Of a DNA stretch of 64,000 bases, positions 1 through 11,715 are shown piece by piece. A program made the translations under genes and the position numbers. The first letter of the stretch is position 1. Each line of letters starts with the position of its first letter. This DNA comes from an uncultured Gemmatimonadaceae bacterium (lineage in GTDB: Bacteria > Gemmatimonadota > Gemmatimonadetes > Gemmatimonadales > Gemmatimonadaceae), in the NCBI GenBank assembly GCA_963829055.1, contig CAWHHI010000020.1, positions 64,001 through 128,000 on the forward strand, in the 5' to 3' direction. The notes under the pieces are model-generated. The model saw only the letters and a list, made by a program, of their open reading frames with translations, ran no database searches and was not told the DNA's origin.

Positions 1-414
1 ATTGTCGTGGCGACGTCGGGCCCGCTCGTGTTCTCGTTCTTCGTGCATCGCCGCATGCACGAGCGTCCAGCGCTGTTCGGCTTCTACGAGGTCGACCAGT
101 TCGTGCGCGACGGAACACCGGTCGCACCAATCCTCGCGGAGCCCGAGAGGTGGCGCAGCGTGGTGTTCGGGAGACCGGGCGCGGTGTCCATCAGATTCAT
201 GAGCGACAGAATCCGTGTGCTCGATGCGACGGTCGACACGGTCGCGCATCGCCTCACGCTTTCACCGCGCGACAACTCGCGCATCTCGGGCGTGCTCGCG
301 TACGAGCAACTGCCCGACAGCGGTCTACGAATTCGAGGGAAGCTGGTCGTGGGCAGCGTCGATGTGACACTCCGACGTTTGGATGAGCGATTGATGTTCC
401 GGCTGCTGCGTTGA
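1..414 (+). CDS. 3' part of a hypothetical, probably membrane-anchored protein (DoxX-associated C-terminal region-like); 5' end outside the window
   Basis: Open frame from the window edge to TGA at 412-414; FGFYEVDQFVRDG...ERWRSVVF segment. Confidence 0.5.
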   Translation: MVVATSGPLVFSFFVHRRMHERPALFGFYEVDQFVRDGTPVAPILAEPERWRSVVFGRPGAVSIRFMSDRIRVLDATVDTVAHRLTLSPRDNSRISGVLAYEQLPDSGLRIRGKLVVGSVDVTLRRLDERLMFRLLR

Positions 415-462
415 CCTAACGATGACTCGTCGATGATCGAGCTGCCATTCCGAGCGACAGCA

Positions 463-597
463 TTGTCATCCCGAGGAGCGCCAGAGCCTGCCCTGAGGAG
501 CGCAGCGACGAAGGGAGGGACCTTCCGTGATGCCATCGTGGCTTCTCTGGCCACGAGTACTCCACACGAGGTCCCTCGCTGCCGCTCGGGATGACAA
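463..597. repeat. REP/MITE-like palindromic element
   Basis: 13-bp terminal inverted repeat TTGTCATCCCGAG/CTCGGGATGACAA, inner GAGGGACCT/AGGTCCCTC pair; same family as 11716-11866. Confidence 0.75.
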
Positions 598-611
598 CGC
601 CTTTCCCGCCG

Positions 612-650
612 TCCGCCCTCCGCCCTCCGCCCTCCGCCCTCCGCCCTCCG
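612..650. repeat. Heptamer tandem repeat (TCCGCCC)x5
   Basis: Five perfect units plus a partial unit, read directly. Confidence 0.9.
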
Positions 651-662
651 AAGGCCTCCTTC

Positions 663-1199
663 CTATGGCCCCACTCGGGTCAACAGAAGAAGTCCTACGA
701 GTCCCGGACCATGCACGAGCAACGCCGCCGGCCACAACGCGCGCCACGCAGTCCGCGGCAGCCAACGCTCCCGCGCGGCACGCTGAAATAGATACACCGA
801 GACCGGCGCGTTGATGAGAACGGCCGACGCGAGTCCGGGGCTGTAGCCACGCATGACGACCGCGGCGACCACCAGGTGCGACGCAACGTTGACGGCAACG
901 ACGGCCTGCACGAGGAGCGCGCACCAGCGCGCACCTAACGACGCTGGCCGCAACGTCACCCACAGCAGCACCATGAATGGGACCGCCGTCGCCCACAAGA
1001 GTGCAACACGAAGACCGTCCGGCTCCACCTCAGCCATGAACGGCTGGATGGACGCGGGAAGCGCCGCTCGCACGACGGGCAGGTACGCGGGGAACGTGAT
1101 CGCCTCCTCCGCGTTGTGCACCGCGAGCGCGATCGGGATCATCCACAGCGCCTGAAGCCGGCTCAATGACACGTGGGCATGAACGAGGGGCTCTGTCAT
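663..1199 (-). CDS. HXXEE domain membrane protein
   Basis: AVHNAEEA motif, hydrophobic helices, YSPGL motif. Confidence 0.85.
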   Translation of the reverse strand: MTEPLVHAHVSLSRLQALWMIPIALAVHNAEEAITFPAYLPVVRAALPASIQPFMAEVEPDGLRVALLWATAVPFMVLLWVTLRPASLGARWCALLVQAVVAVNVASHLVVAAVVMRGYSPGLASAVLINAPVSVYLFQRAARERWLPRTAWRALWPAALLVHGPGLVGLLLLTRVGP

Positions 1200-1323
1200 C
1201 CGGAACGACGATGTTCCTTTCGCGACGCCAGCGGTAGCGGCCGCAACTCCGCAGGCGCTGGCAGCGGTCGCGCCCTTCATTTATTCTGAACCGAGCGACA
1301 CGCGCGGTCAGGCGAAGAGGCCG

Positions 1324-2425
1324 ATGCAACAGCAAATCCGATTCTGTAAGACCGCCGACGGGGTTCGGATCGCCTACGCCACGGTCGGCGCGCGGCCAGC
1401 CGCTCGTGAAGGCCGCGAACTGGCTCAGTCACATCGAGTACGACTGGCGTACTCCTGTCTGGCGCCCGCTATTCGAGCGACTCGCTCGCAATCGACGCCT
1501 CGTACGCTACGACGCGCGCGGCTGTGGGTTATCCGATTGGGACGTCGACGAATTCTCGCTCGAAGTGTGGGTGCGAGACCTCGAAGCCGTCGTCGACGCG
1601 GCCGGTCTCAAGCGCTTCTCGCTGCTCGGCATTCCGCAGGGCGGTCCGATCGCCATCACGTACGCCGTTCGTCATCCCGAGCGCGTGAGCCGGCTCGTGC
1701 TGCTCGGCGCGTACGCGCGCGGCTACATGAAGCGGGACCCGACACCGGCGCAGATCGAAGAATGGCGAATTCTGACCGACCTCATGCGGATTGGGTGGGG
1801 TCGCGAGACCGCGGCATTCCGGCAGGTATTCACGTCGATGTTCGTCCCTGACGGGTCGCCTGAACAACTCCGCTGGTTCGACGACCTGCAGCGCCAGTCG
1901 ACGTCGCCGGAAAACGCGGCGCGCATCATGACGACGTTCGGCACGCTCGATGTCCGCGACGTGACCCCGACGGTGAGCGTCCCCACGCTGGTGCTGCACG
2001 CGCGAGGCGACATGCGCGTGCCGTTCGAGGAAGGGCGACAGCTCGGCGCGCTCATCCCCGACGCGCGGTTCGTGCCGCTCGATACCAGGAACCATCTCCT
2101 CCTGGAGGGGGAGCCCGCGTTCGGCCAGTTCATGGCCGAGGTCGATGCATTTCTGGATGCCGACGCGGACGGCAACACATCCCCGGTGCGCACCCCGTTC
2201 CCTGAGCTCACCGACCGCGAGGCAGAAGTGTTGAACCTCATCGCGCGCGGGCTCGGCAACGGCACCATCGCCGAGCGGTTGCGCATCAGCGACAAGACCG
2301 TGCGCAATCACGTCACGAACATCTTCTGGAAGCTCGGTGCGACCACGCGCGCCGAGGCGATCGTCCGCGCGCGAGACGCAGGACTCGGCGTCGAGCCGGA
2401 CCATCCGGCACGGGCGCGAGAGTAG
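1324..2425 (+). CDS. Alpha/beta-hydrolase-fold sensor fused to a C-terminal LuxR HTH (frameshift near 1390)
   Basis: MQQQIRFCKTADGVRIAYA continues into KAANWLSHIEYDW in another frame; C-terminal LTDREAEVLNLIARGL...VRNHVTNIF. Confidence 0.88.
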
Positions 2426-2509
2426 TCGCGCCGTCCAACCGGGACTGAACGACCGGCCCGAGAGGCCAGGCATTGGCGGCGACACGGCCAGTACCAAGTG
2501 CGTCAGCGC

Positions 2510-2616
2510 TCAGTAGGAGGTCTCAGGCATCAGGCCCCGTATCCGCCGGCTTGGGCTCGCCGTTACCCGCAGTCGCCGTTAGCCGCCGTACCCTGATGCC
2601 TGACACCTCGTACTGA
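2510..2616. repeat. Long imperfect inverted repeat (25-bp arms, 2 mismatches)
   Basis: TCAGTAGGAGGTCTCAGGCATCAGG ... CCTGATGCCTGACACCTCGTACTGA. Confidence 0.75.
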
Positions 2617-2883
2617 CGCGACTCAGTGCTGAGTCACTGGCCAGGCCGCCGCGACGATGCCGGAGACTCTCAGACGGTGTCGAATCGGCGTCACAACCCG
2701 ACTTCCGGGACAGCAGCCCCACGAATCGAGGCCCGTTCGCCGCCTGGCTCGAATGTCCCGGGACTTCCGCCTCATGTGGGTATGAGCGCGTCCACATACG
2801 TTGCCCTCGTCGGAAGCATTCCGACCTCATGACACACTGACCGCCTAACCAGCGGCCATCCACATATAGCGGAGGATCTCACT

Positions 2884-4305
2884 ATGGGACGCTGGCGCCC
2901 CGACCCCACATTCTACGCGTCGCCCACACTGGCGGCGGAAGCTCCGGCCGAGTCGCTCGCCTACGTGGCGATGATCGCGCCGGAAGGCAACGGCAAGCGC
3001 GACGCGATCGGCGTCGTCGATACCGATCCGAGCTCGCCCACGTTCGGGAAGCTCGTCGGCCAGACCAACCTGCCGACAGCCGGCAACGAGCTACACCACT
3101 TCGGGTGGAACGCGTGCAGCTCGCACCTCTGTCCGTACGCGCCTCACGCGCACGTCGAGCGCCGCTTTCTCGTGGTGCCCGGCACCGGCTCGTCGCGCAT
3201 TCACATCCTCGACACGAAGGCCGACCCGCGGAACCCGGAGCTCGTGAAGCTCATCGAGGCGAGCGAAGTCGCCGCGAAGACCGGCTACGCCGCGCCGCAC
3301 ACCGTGCACTGCGGGACCGACGGCATCTACATCAACGCGTTAGGCGCGGTCGACGGCAATGGCCCCGGCGGCATCTTCATGCTCGACCACGAGACGTTCG
3401 ACGTGATGGGCCCATGGGAGCACGACCGCGGACCGCAGCACCTCGCGTACGACTTCTGGTGGCACCTCGGTCACGACACCATGATCTCGAGCGAGTGGGG
3501 CACGCCAAACATGGTGAAGGACGGCGTGAATCCCGAGCTGCTGCTTGGCGGCAAGTACGGCCACGCGCTGCACGTCTGGGACCTGCGCACGCGCAAGCAT
3601 CTCCAGACCCTCGACCTCGGCGCCGAGCAGCAGATGGTGCTCGAGCTGCGTCCGGCACACAATCCGCAGCGCGCTTACGGCTTCGTCGGCGTCGTGATCT
3701 CGCTCAAGGATCTCTCGTCGTCGATCTGGATGTGGTACCTCGACACGACGAACGCGCACGGCAAGAACAAGGGCGAGTGGAAGGTGAAGAAGGTCATCGA
3801 GATTCCCGCCGAGCCAGCGGACGCCGAGCACCTGCCGCCGCTGCTCAAGGGCTTCGGTGCCGTGCCGCCGCTCGTGACGGATCTCAACCTCTCGCTCGAC
3901 GACCGCTTCCTCTATGTCTCGTGCTGGGGAACGGGTGAGATGCGGCAGTACGACGTGTCGAATCCGCACGAGCCGAAGTTCGTGGGCTCCGTACACATCG
4001 GCGGAATCGTCAGGCGCACCTCGCATCCGAGCGCGCCGGACAAGCCACTCAACGGCGCGCCACAGATGGTCGAGGTGAGCCGCGACGGTAAGCGCGTGTA
4101 CCTGACGAATTCGCTGTACACGCCGTGGGACGCGCAGTTCTACCCTGACGGCATCAACGGCTGGATGACGAAGCTCGACGTCGGACCGGAGGGCGGTATC
4201 ACGTTCGATCCGAACTTCCTGCTCGAGTTCGAGGACGGCTTCCGTCCGCACCAGGTACGACTCCAGGGCGGCGATGCATCGTCCGACTCGTTCTGCTTCG
4301 GGTGA
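2884..4305 (+). CDS. Selenium-binding protein SBP56 family (methanethiol oxidase/SELENBP1-like)
   Basis: ELHHFGWNACSS, PHTVHC, YDFWW, ISSEWG, WDAQFYP, GGDASSD motifs; GGAGG RBS. Confidence 0.93.
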   Translation: MGRWRPDPTFYASPTLAAEAPAESLAYVAMIAPEGNGKRDAIGVVDTDPSSPTFGKLVGQTNLPTAGNELHHFGWNACSSHLCPYAPHAHVERRFLVVPGTGSSRIHILDTKADPRNPELVKLIEASEVAAKTGYAAPHTVHCGTDGIYINALGAVDGNGPGGIFMLDHETFDVMGPWEHDRGPQHLAYDFWWHLGHDTMISSEWGTPNMVKDGVNPELLLGGKYGHALHVWDLRTRKHLQTLDLGAEQQMVLELRPAHNPQRAYGFVGVVISLKDLSSSIWMWYLDTTNAHGKNKGEWKVKKVIEIPAEPADAEHLPPLLKGFGAVPPLVTDLNLSLDDRFLYVSCWGTGEMRQYDVSNPHEPKFVGSVHIGGIVRRTSHPSAPDKPLNGAPQMVEVSRDGKRVYLTNSLYTPWDAQFYPDGINGWMTKLDVGPEGGITFDPNFLLEFEDGFRPHQVRLQGGDASSDSFCFG

Positions 4306-4309
4306 CGCG

Positions 4310-5001
4310 ATGCACGTCCACCAGATGGCGCCTAACGTGGCGCACGGTGTGTGGCCCTGGGCAGCGCTGCTGCTGCTCGGGGCTGTGCACGGGATCAATC
4401 CCGGCATGGGGTGGTTGTTCGCGGTGGCGCTCGGGATGCAGCGGCAGGAGCGGGGCGCGGTATGGCGCGCCCTGCTCCCGCTGGCCGGCGGTCACGCGGC
4501 GGCGATCGCGGTGGCGGCGATCATCGTCGGCCTGGCCGGCATGGCGCTGTCGCTCGACACCATGAAGTGGATCGTCGCGGCGGTTCTGCTCGCGGTCGGC
4601 GTGTCGAAGCTCGTTCGGACGAAACACCCACGCTGGGGCGGGATGGCGGTCGGAAGCTGGCAGCTTGGCGTGTGGTCGTTCTCATGGCGTCGGCGCACGG
4701 GGCAGGATTGATGGCGGTGCCGTTCCTGCTGCGGATCGCTCGACCCGGCTCCACTCCGGTCGAGGGTATGGCCATGCATCATGCGGCGTTAGGCATGAGC
4801 GACCTGCCGCAGGTACCGGTCGCGGGCGTCGGCGTCGCAGTCGTCCACACGGTGGGGTACCTGCTCGTGACCGGCATCATCGCGGTCATCGTCTACGAGC
4901 GGCTGGGCCTCCGCCTGCTCGGCCGCGCGTGGTTCAACGTGGATCGCTTGTGGGCGGGCGCACTCATCGCCACGGCGTCGGTCACACCGTTTCTCGGATG
5001 A
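4310..5001 (+). CDS. SBP56-associated membrane protein (frameshift near 4682)
   Basis: GAVHGINPGMGWLFAVALG continues into LMASAHGAGLM in another frame; multiple TM helices. Confidence 0.8.
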
Positions 5002-5019
5002 GTGTGCGGGGCCTCGAGA

Positions 5020-8000
5020 CTACTGCCGCTCCGTCCGCTGAAGCCGCGCCAGCTTCTCCTTCACTTCGCGGACGTGCGGCTGCAGCTCGGGGTCCGCGTT
5101 CTTCCACAGCTCGATGAACTTCGCGTAGTCGAGACGCGGCCTTCTCTCGCTCACCCTTCGCCTCGTACAGCTCACCGAGCCGCTTGTGTGCGCCGGCAAG
5201 CGCGATCGCGTCGACCTCGATGCGTACGCCGCTCGCTGGCGCCTGGATGTAGCGCTCGAACACAGCGGCCGCCGAGTCGGCGTTGCCCGCGAGGTCGTAC
5301 GCCCGGGCGATGTTCGGCAGCGCGCACGGCTCGCACACCCCGACGTCCGCCGCACGGTACTCGCGCACTGCGTCGTCGTACCGTTTTTCGGCGACAGCGA
5401 TGTGGCCGAGCATTCGGTGACGTGCCTCCTCATCCTCGAGGATACGAGCCTCTGCGCGACTCTTGTCGAAACCCGCCAGCATCGCCTTCGCCCGATCCGG
5501 ACGTCCAGCCAGCGAGGCTACCCAGACGAGGCGCTCGTACGGTCGGTCGAGCGGTGGCAGTGAGTCGAGTGGCTGTGCGACCAACGCCTGCTCGAGCGCG
5601 TGCTCCGCGCGCGGCTTGTCTCCGCGGAACCAGGCAGAGACCTCGACCTCGTCGAGCAAGGACATGAGCGCTGCGTTCGCAGTACCCATCCGCAGAGCGG
5701 CGTCATTCGACTGCCGGCTCAAACGCAATCCGTTGGCGAGCTGACCGCGCATCGTGGCAATCAGGCCGAGTCTCCAGTTCATCTCGGTCTGGGTATCGAG
5801 GTCACTCGACCGGGCCTGACGCAGGCTGTCGAGTATCACGACCGCGCTGTCGACCTGCCCCCGCGCGGCCGCGGTGAGCGCGCGCAGAACTGCAGACACA
5901 GGGTTTCGCGGCAGGTTCCGCGCGGCCAGGTCCGCTGTCTGCTGCGCCTCGCGAAGTTTGCCCTGGTCGATCTGGCTGTAGGCGAGGTTGTTGTAAAACA
6001 CGCCGGCAGTGCTCTGCACGGCGATCGCGCGTTTCGCCAGTTCCTCGGCTTTCGCGTAATCGCGCCGGTAGCGGTATTGAAGAGCGAGGTTGTTGAGCGC
6101 CGTGACGTTGTCCGGCTGAAGGTCGAGCAGTGACTCGTACGCGGAGATGATCTTCGCGCGATCCGGCGTCGGCCCGTAGTTGTAATACGCGGCTACCGTG
6201 AGGTAGCGCTCCGCATCGCTCAGCCGATCGCGGTGCTCGTACGCTTTCTGGATCGCCGACTGGCTGCGCGCTCGCGACATGTCTCGGTTGCGTAGCTCGA
6301 CCGCGAGCTTTCGGTACGCCATGGCGAAGCCGCTGTCGAGTGCGATCGCCTCCTCGAGCAGCGCCACGCCCTTCGGGGAAGTCGCCCTCGATTTCGAGGG
6401 CACGATTCCCGGCCACGTATTTCTGGAGCGCGGCCAGTGACGGCGTGCTGACCTTGTCGAGCGTGCGGGCGTTCTGGATCGTCTTCAGCGACTCGCCGAC
6501 CTTCGAGCGCAGCTTGCGCGAGAGCTTGTCGATCGCCGGGATGATGTCCTTCGCCTCTGCCGCGGTCTCGCGGAAGGTCGCCATCTCCTCGCCGGTCTGC
6601 GCACGAGACGAGACGCGCGGACAGTACGTAGCTGCCACCGAGCTCCGTGACAGTGCCGTCGACGACCGCCTTGATGCCTTCGCGCGTCGCGATCTCGCGC
6701 GCGATCGCAAAGTCCACCTTCGACGACGACGGGCGCTGCATCCGGCGGAGCACCTCGCGCACGTCGCTCGCCGGCATCACGTGCAGGTTCTCGGACTCGG
6801 CGAGATTGGTACGGAACGCCTCGGTCACCGTGGGGCCGAGCATCGAATCGCTCGCCGGACTCGCGAACTCGGTGAGGATCACCCGCTCGCGCTGGCCCAT
6901 TTGCCCGGCCGCCATCAGCGACGCCGCCGGCCCGATCCCCATCGCGCGCATGATCATCCACGCCGCGGTGAGCGCGACGAATCCACCGACGGCAACGAGT
7001 CCGCCCATGGTCGTGCGACGCCAGCTCACGTGCGGGCTCGCCTTCATCGCGATCGTCGCCATGGTGCCCCGAGCGAGCGATGGCGTTCCGCCGGGCGTCA
7101 GCGTCGGTGTGGACGTGAGCGCGCGATGCGTCGTACGGTGGACGTACGCGGTGAAGAGGATCACCGGCAGGCCGAGCGCCATGACGATGATCGCGCCCGG
7201 GAAGACCCAGCTCGGCAGCCCGATGCCGACGATCGCCGCCTTGGCGACGACGGCCACGAGCACGAACGCCGCGGCGTAGAACGCGAGCGCCTTGCGCAGC
7301 ATGCCACGTCCGGCGAGCAGCACCTCGGGCATGGCGGATTGTGCACCGCCGCTCCCGCTCGTCACCGCTTCCAGCACGCGCGCGATGTCGGACGCATTCT
7401 GCGGCCGGGCGTCAGGGTCCTTCTCGAGCAGCCGCGTCACCAGATCGGCGAGCAGCGGCGGCGTGTCCGGCCGTAGCTCGAGGATCGGCTGCGGACGCTC
7501 GCCCATGTGCGCCGCCATCAGCTTGTGCGGCGCGAGCCCGTGGAATGGCGGACGGCCGGCGAGCATCTCGTACGCCATGACGCCGAAGGCGTAGAGATCG
7601 GCGCGATGGTTCGTCGCCGGATCGCCGGCCGCCTGCTCGGGCGCCATGTACTGCGGCGTGCCGATCGAGGTGCCCAGCTGCGTCAGCGTGGCCCCGGGCG
7701 CCGCGATCTTCGCGGCCGAGAGGGCCTTCGCGATCCCGAAGTCGGTCACGACGGCGCTTCCGCCGGACAGCAGCACGTTGTCGGGCTTGATGTCTCGATG
7801 GACGACGCCGTGGTCGTGCGCGTACGCCAGCGCGCGTGCGACGTCGCGCAGGATGCCGACGGTCTCGCCGATCGTCACGCCGCCGCGCGCGAGCCGCGCC
7901 CGCAGGCTCGCGCCTTCGACGAACGGCATCGTATAGAACGGCAGCCCGTCGGTCTCGCCGGCGGAGAGCACGGGCACGATGTGCGGGTGCTGCAGCCGCG

Positions 8001-8205
8001 CCGCGAGCTGGATCTCGCGCTTGAAGCGGTCGACGCTGACGCCGGCCGCCAGCTCGGGCGGGAGCACCTTCACCACCACGCTGCGGCCGAGCGCCATTTC
8101 CTCGGCCACGAAGACGCGCGACATGCCGCCGCCGCCGAGCTCACGCTCGAGGGTATAGGCGTTGCCCAGCGAGGCCTGAAGGCGGTCGCGCAGTTCGGTT
8201 GTCAT
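5020..8205 (-). CDS. Ser/Thr protein kinase with TM segments and TPR C-terminus (frameshifts near 6600, 6380, 5130)
   Basis: ERELGGGGMSRVF, HRDIKPDN, DFG, GTPQYMAPE; C-terminus YAKFIELWKNADPELQP. Confidence 0.9.
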
Positions 8206-8388
8206 CGTATTCGGCGGGGGGAGTGCTGGTGGGACGAGACCGAACTTACGATGACGAACCGTTGCTGGCCAGCCACGAAGCGAGAACCGCTGCTCGTCCT
8301 CGCCGAATGCCAGTGAGGGGATTGCAATCGTGGGTGCCCGCTGTTCCCGACGCCTGTCGTTAGGCGCGCCTCGCCGCGGAACGTAGCC

Positions 8389-9172
8389 CTAGCGCCAGAT
8401 CGATGACGATGAGGCCGCGGCCATCTCGTACCACTTCTTCTCATCGACGCCGCGAATCAACAGCCAGCCGATGGTTACCGCGCAACCGAACAGCGCAAAG
8501 AGTGCTATCGGCAGGAAGAGCTTGCTGCCGAGCGGCGGATAGACGAACGTCAGCCAGCCTGCTCCGCCGATCAGAGAGAGAACACCCAGTACACGCGGAA
8601 GGAACGTCGCTCGAAACATCAGGTACCCGGTCAGTACGGTGCTGACGCCGAAGAAAACCAGCGCGATTTGTGTCCCCAGGGCGTTGATGCGAATCAGGAG
8701 ATACGCCATCGCCTCGAGCTGTCTGGCGTCGAAGGCCGAGAGATACGACGCGCCGCCTAACACGAAGAGCGGAGCGTAGAAGAACAGGCGCGCCAGGGCC
8801 TTGATCCCGGATCCAACGTATCCGAACACCGCCGCTGTTCTCGCCAGGCTGCGATCGACGGGCATGAGCAGGTCATACATCACGCGCGGTCGTCGCTGTC
8901 TGGCACGCCATCTCGATCATGAAAATGGCGAACGCCACGCGAATGAGCGTCTGATTCGCGACAAAATTGCGAGCGGTCGCGGCCGCATCGCCCGTCACGA
9001 CCAGCCGGTCGCTGATGAAACCCTGAGCGACGACTCCACCAACGATCGTGGCGAGGAACAACGCGCCACCGAGCCTCGCTTTTGTCTTCGGTGACATCTC
9101 CTTCGTTCGTGGTGCCGGTGCTGCCGCATCCGCGAACGGTTGTCGTACGGCAACGCTGGCGACGGTAGACAT
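8389..9172 (-). CDS. DUF4386 family membrane protein (frameshift near 8880)
   Basis: GDAAATARNFVAN, FLPRVLG, WLLIRGV motifs across two frames. Confidence 0.75.
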
Positions 9173-9204
9173 CGTGCTCTCCCAATGGTTAGGCGGCAGT
9201 GGGC

Positions 9205-9447
9205 TCACGCCCGGTGTCGTTCTCGATCGCGATCGCTTTCATCGCTCTCGCGGAATTCCAGAAGGTCCCCGGGTTGGCACTGCAGCGCGTCGCAGATCGC
9301 CTCGAGCGTAGAGAAGCGAATGGCGCGTGCCTTTCCGGTTTTGAGGACCGAGAGGTTGGCGAGCGTGATGCCGATCTTTTCCGACAGCTCCGTGAGCGAC
9401 ATCCGGCGCGCGTACAGCATGTCGTCGAGCTTGACGTTGATCGCCAT
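9205..9447 (-). CDS. XRE-family HTH regulator (YozG-like)
   Basis: ITLANLSVLKTGKARAIRFSTLEAICDALQCQPGDLL. Confidence 0.92.
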   Translation of the reverse strand: MAINVKLDDMLYARRMSLTELSEKIGITLANLSVLKTGKARAIRFSTLEAICDALQCQPGDLLEFRESDESDRDRERHRA

Positions 9448-9449
9448 GA

Positions 9450-9980
9450 CTACACCGTCCCGTCGAGATCCTCGCGCATGCGAGCACCGTGGTCGAAGAC
9501 GCGCGCCAGCACGAACAGCAGGAGCACCGCCAGCCACGGCGTGACGGAGAAATTCAGGTCGATGTGGACTGGGCGAGCCGCCGTAGACACGCTGTTCGCA
9601 ATTCCAACGACGACGAAACGGCTCAGCTCCAGCGCGAGCACCGACCAGGCGATGGTCTGCAACCGCGACGCATTCTCGGTCACGAATGGATCGCCGGCGC
9701 GGACCGTCTCGACGATGCAGAGCAGTCGGGAGAGAATCGCGTTCGTGATGGGGGCTGCAACGACGCCGATCACCATGATGAGGCGCATGCCCAGCAGCGC
9801 GCGCGGACTGTCGTCCGTGCCCAGTGCGCGCGCTACGAATTCCGCGGCGAGGAACGTCCAGATGAGGAGGCCGAGAATCGCGGCGCCAAACAGCCAGTTC
9901 AGCGTGATCAGGATTCGGAGAACCTTGTGCGATACCGCTAACGCGCCGGCGTTCGGCTGGAGCATTGATTCGTGCCTCAT
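9450..9980 (-). CDS. DUF2975 membrane protein
   Basis: GDPFVTENASRLQ, VFDHGARMREDLDGTV; usual partner of YozG-like HTH. Confidence 0.88.
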   Translation of the reverse strand: MRHESMLQPNAGALAVSHKVLRILITLNWLFGAAILGLLIWTFLAAEFVARALGTDDSPRALLGMRLIMVIGVVAAPITNAILSRLLCIVETVRAGDPFVTENASRLQTIAWSVLALELSRFVVVGIANSVSTAARPVHIDLNFSVTPWLAVLLLFVLARVFDHGARMREDLDGTV

Positions 9981-9998
9981 GGCTGCGGATGGCTCACA

Positions 9999-10060
9999 TT
10001 TCGATAAACGATAAGACATTTATCGAAATTCAGCAAGCCATGTGTTGATAGTCGATAATT
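9999..10060. promoter_or_regulatory. Putative operator/promoter of the DUF2975-HTH operon
   Basis: AT-rich stretch with repeated CGATAA/TTATCG half-sites. Confidence 0.55.
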
Positions 10061-10177
10061 CTGCCGTGGTGGATGCCGCCTGCCCCAGCGGTTATTATCA
10101 GCCCGCCCAACGACCGCGACCTCCAGGAGTGAGCGTTGTCGCTCACTCCAACTCGTGTCAGAGTGCAACCCACCTCG

Positions 10178-11707
10178 ATGCAGGACGACCCCCGCGAAAC
10201 GGCTGCGCGCAGAGCCATCGATGCCGGCGACTGGCAGACGGCTCGCGACCTGTACGAGGCGCTCGCGCGGGAAACGAACGCGCCCGAGGCATGGGCGGGC
10301 CTCGCCGAGGCGGCGTGGCTGCAGCAGGACTCGCGGCTCATGATCGACGCGCGGCTGACCGCGTATCGCCTGCATCGCGAGCGCGGCAACGACGTCGCCG
10401 CCGCGCGCATGGCCATCGCGCTCGGCAACGACTTTCTCGACTTCCGCGGCGATGCCGCCGTCGCCAACGGCTGGTTCAAGTACGCGCGGCGGTTGCTCAA
10501 GCCGTTGCCGCCCTCGGCGGAGCATGCGCGGCTCAACGTCTGGGAAGCGCGTCTCGCGTTGATCGGCCGACAGGATACGGCCGAAGGCGCGCGCCTCGCC
10601 GAGGAAGCGTTAGGCCTCGCGCGCGAGAGCAATTGTCCGGATGTGGAGGTGCTCGCGACCGCGATGAGCGGGCTCGCGCTCGTCATGAACGCGCAGCCGG
10701 ATCGAGGGCTCGCCCTTCTCGACGAGGCGGCCGCCGCGGCGCTCGCCGGTGACATCTCCGATCCGTACGCGGCGGGGCTGACGTGCTGCTATCTGATCAG
10801 CGCCTGCGACCGCGTGCGCGACTACGACCGCGCCGCTCAATGGTGCGCGCGACTGCGCGAATTCTCCACGCGCCAGCGCTTCGCGATTCTGATGACCACG
10901 TGCCGCTTGCAGTACGGGAGCGTGCTGATCTCGCGCGGCGAGTGGGCTGAAGCCGAAGCGGAGCTGCAGGCGGCGATCGCCGATCTCCGCGAAGTCCGCC
11001 CGGTCGTCCTGCCGGCGGCGTATGCGAGACTCGGCGAGCTGCGTCGTCGCCAGGGCCGGACGGACGAAGCGGTCGAACTGTTCGAGCAGGCGGGCAGCCA
11101 TCCGCTCGCGCTGCTCGGCGGCGCCTGGATCGACATCGAGCAGGGCAATCTGACTCGCGCGCTCGAGCGGGCCCGCGCGTACTTGCGGCGCTTTCCGGAA
11201 GACGCGCTGCTCGAGCGTGCGCCCGCCAACGAGCTCATGGTTCGGATTGCGGCGGCATCCGGAAAACCGGCAGACGCCCAGCAGGCCCTCGCCGAATTGG
11301 AGAAGGCGGCCGCGAAGTACGAGCTGCCGCTGCTGCGCGCGGCGGTGCTGTCCGCCAAGGCCATCCTCGCGGCCGCCGATGGCGACGACGCGCGCGCCGC
11401 GGAATTGATGGAGGACGCGGCGGCGTTGTACGACAATGCCGGCTTCGTTCATGAAGCAGCGACGGCGCGCCGCGAGCTGGAGAAAACCAGGGGCAGCGGT
11501 TCAGTCGCGCCTAACGCGCCGCTCACGCAGCGCGAGATGGAAGTGCTCCGTCTGGTCGCGAAAGGCCTGAGTGAGCGCGAGGTCGCGGACAAGCTGTTCA
11601 TCAGCCATCACACCGCGCATCGGCATCTCTCCAACATTCGGCTCAAGCTCAACGCCGCGACGCAGGCGGCGGCCGTGGCGCACGCCGCTCGCATTGGTCT
11701 GATCTAG
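10178..11707 (+). CDS. TPR-LuxR (MalT-like) transcriptional regulator
   Basis: Helical repeats plus LTQREMEVLRLVAKGLS...HRHLSNIRLKL. Confidence 0.88.
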   Translation: MQDDPRETAARRAIDAGDWQTARDLYEALARETNAPEAWAGLAEAAWLQQDSRLMIDARLTAYRLHRERGNDVAAARMAIALGNDFLDFRGDAAVANGWFKYARRLLKPLPPSAEHARLNVWEARLALIGRQDTAEGARLAEEALGLARESNCPDVEVLATAMSGLALVMNAQPDRGLALLDEAAAAALAGDISDPYAAGLTCCYLISACDRVRDYDRAAQWCARLREFSTRQRFAILMTTCRLQYGSVLISRGEWAEAEAELQAAIADLREVRPVVLPAAYARLGELRRRQGRTDEAVELFEQAGSHPLALLGGAWIDIEQGNLTRALERARAYLRRFPEDALLERAPANELMVRIAAASGKPADAQQALAELEKAAAKYELPLLRAAVLSAKAILAAADGDDARAAELMEDAAALYDNAGFVHEAATARRELEKTRGSGSVAPNAPLTQREMEVLRLVAKGLSEREVADKLFISHHTAHRHLSNIRLKLNAATQAAAVAHAARIGLI

Positions 11708-11715
11708 CGGTGCCT

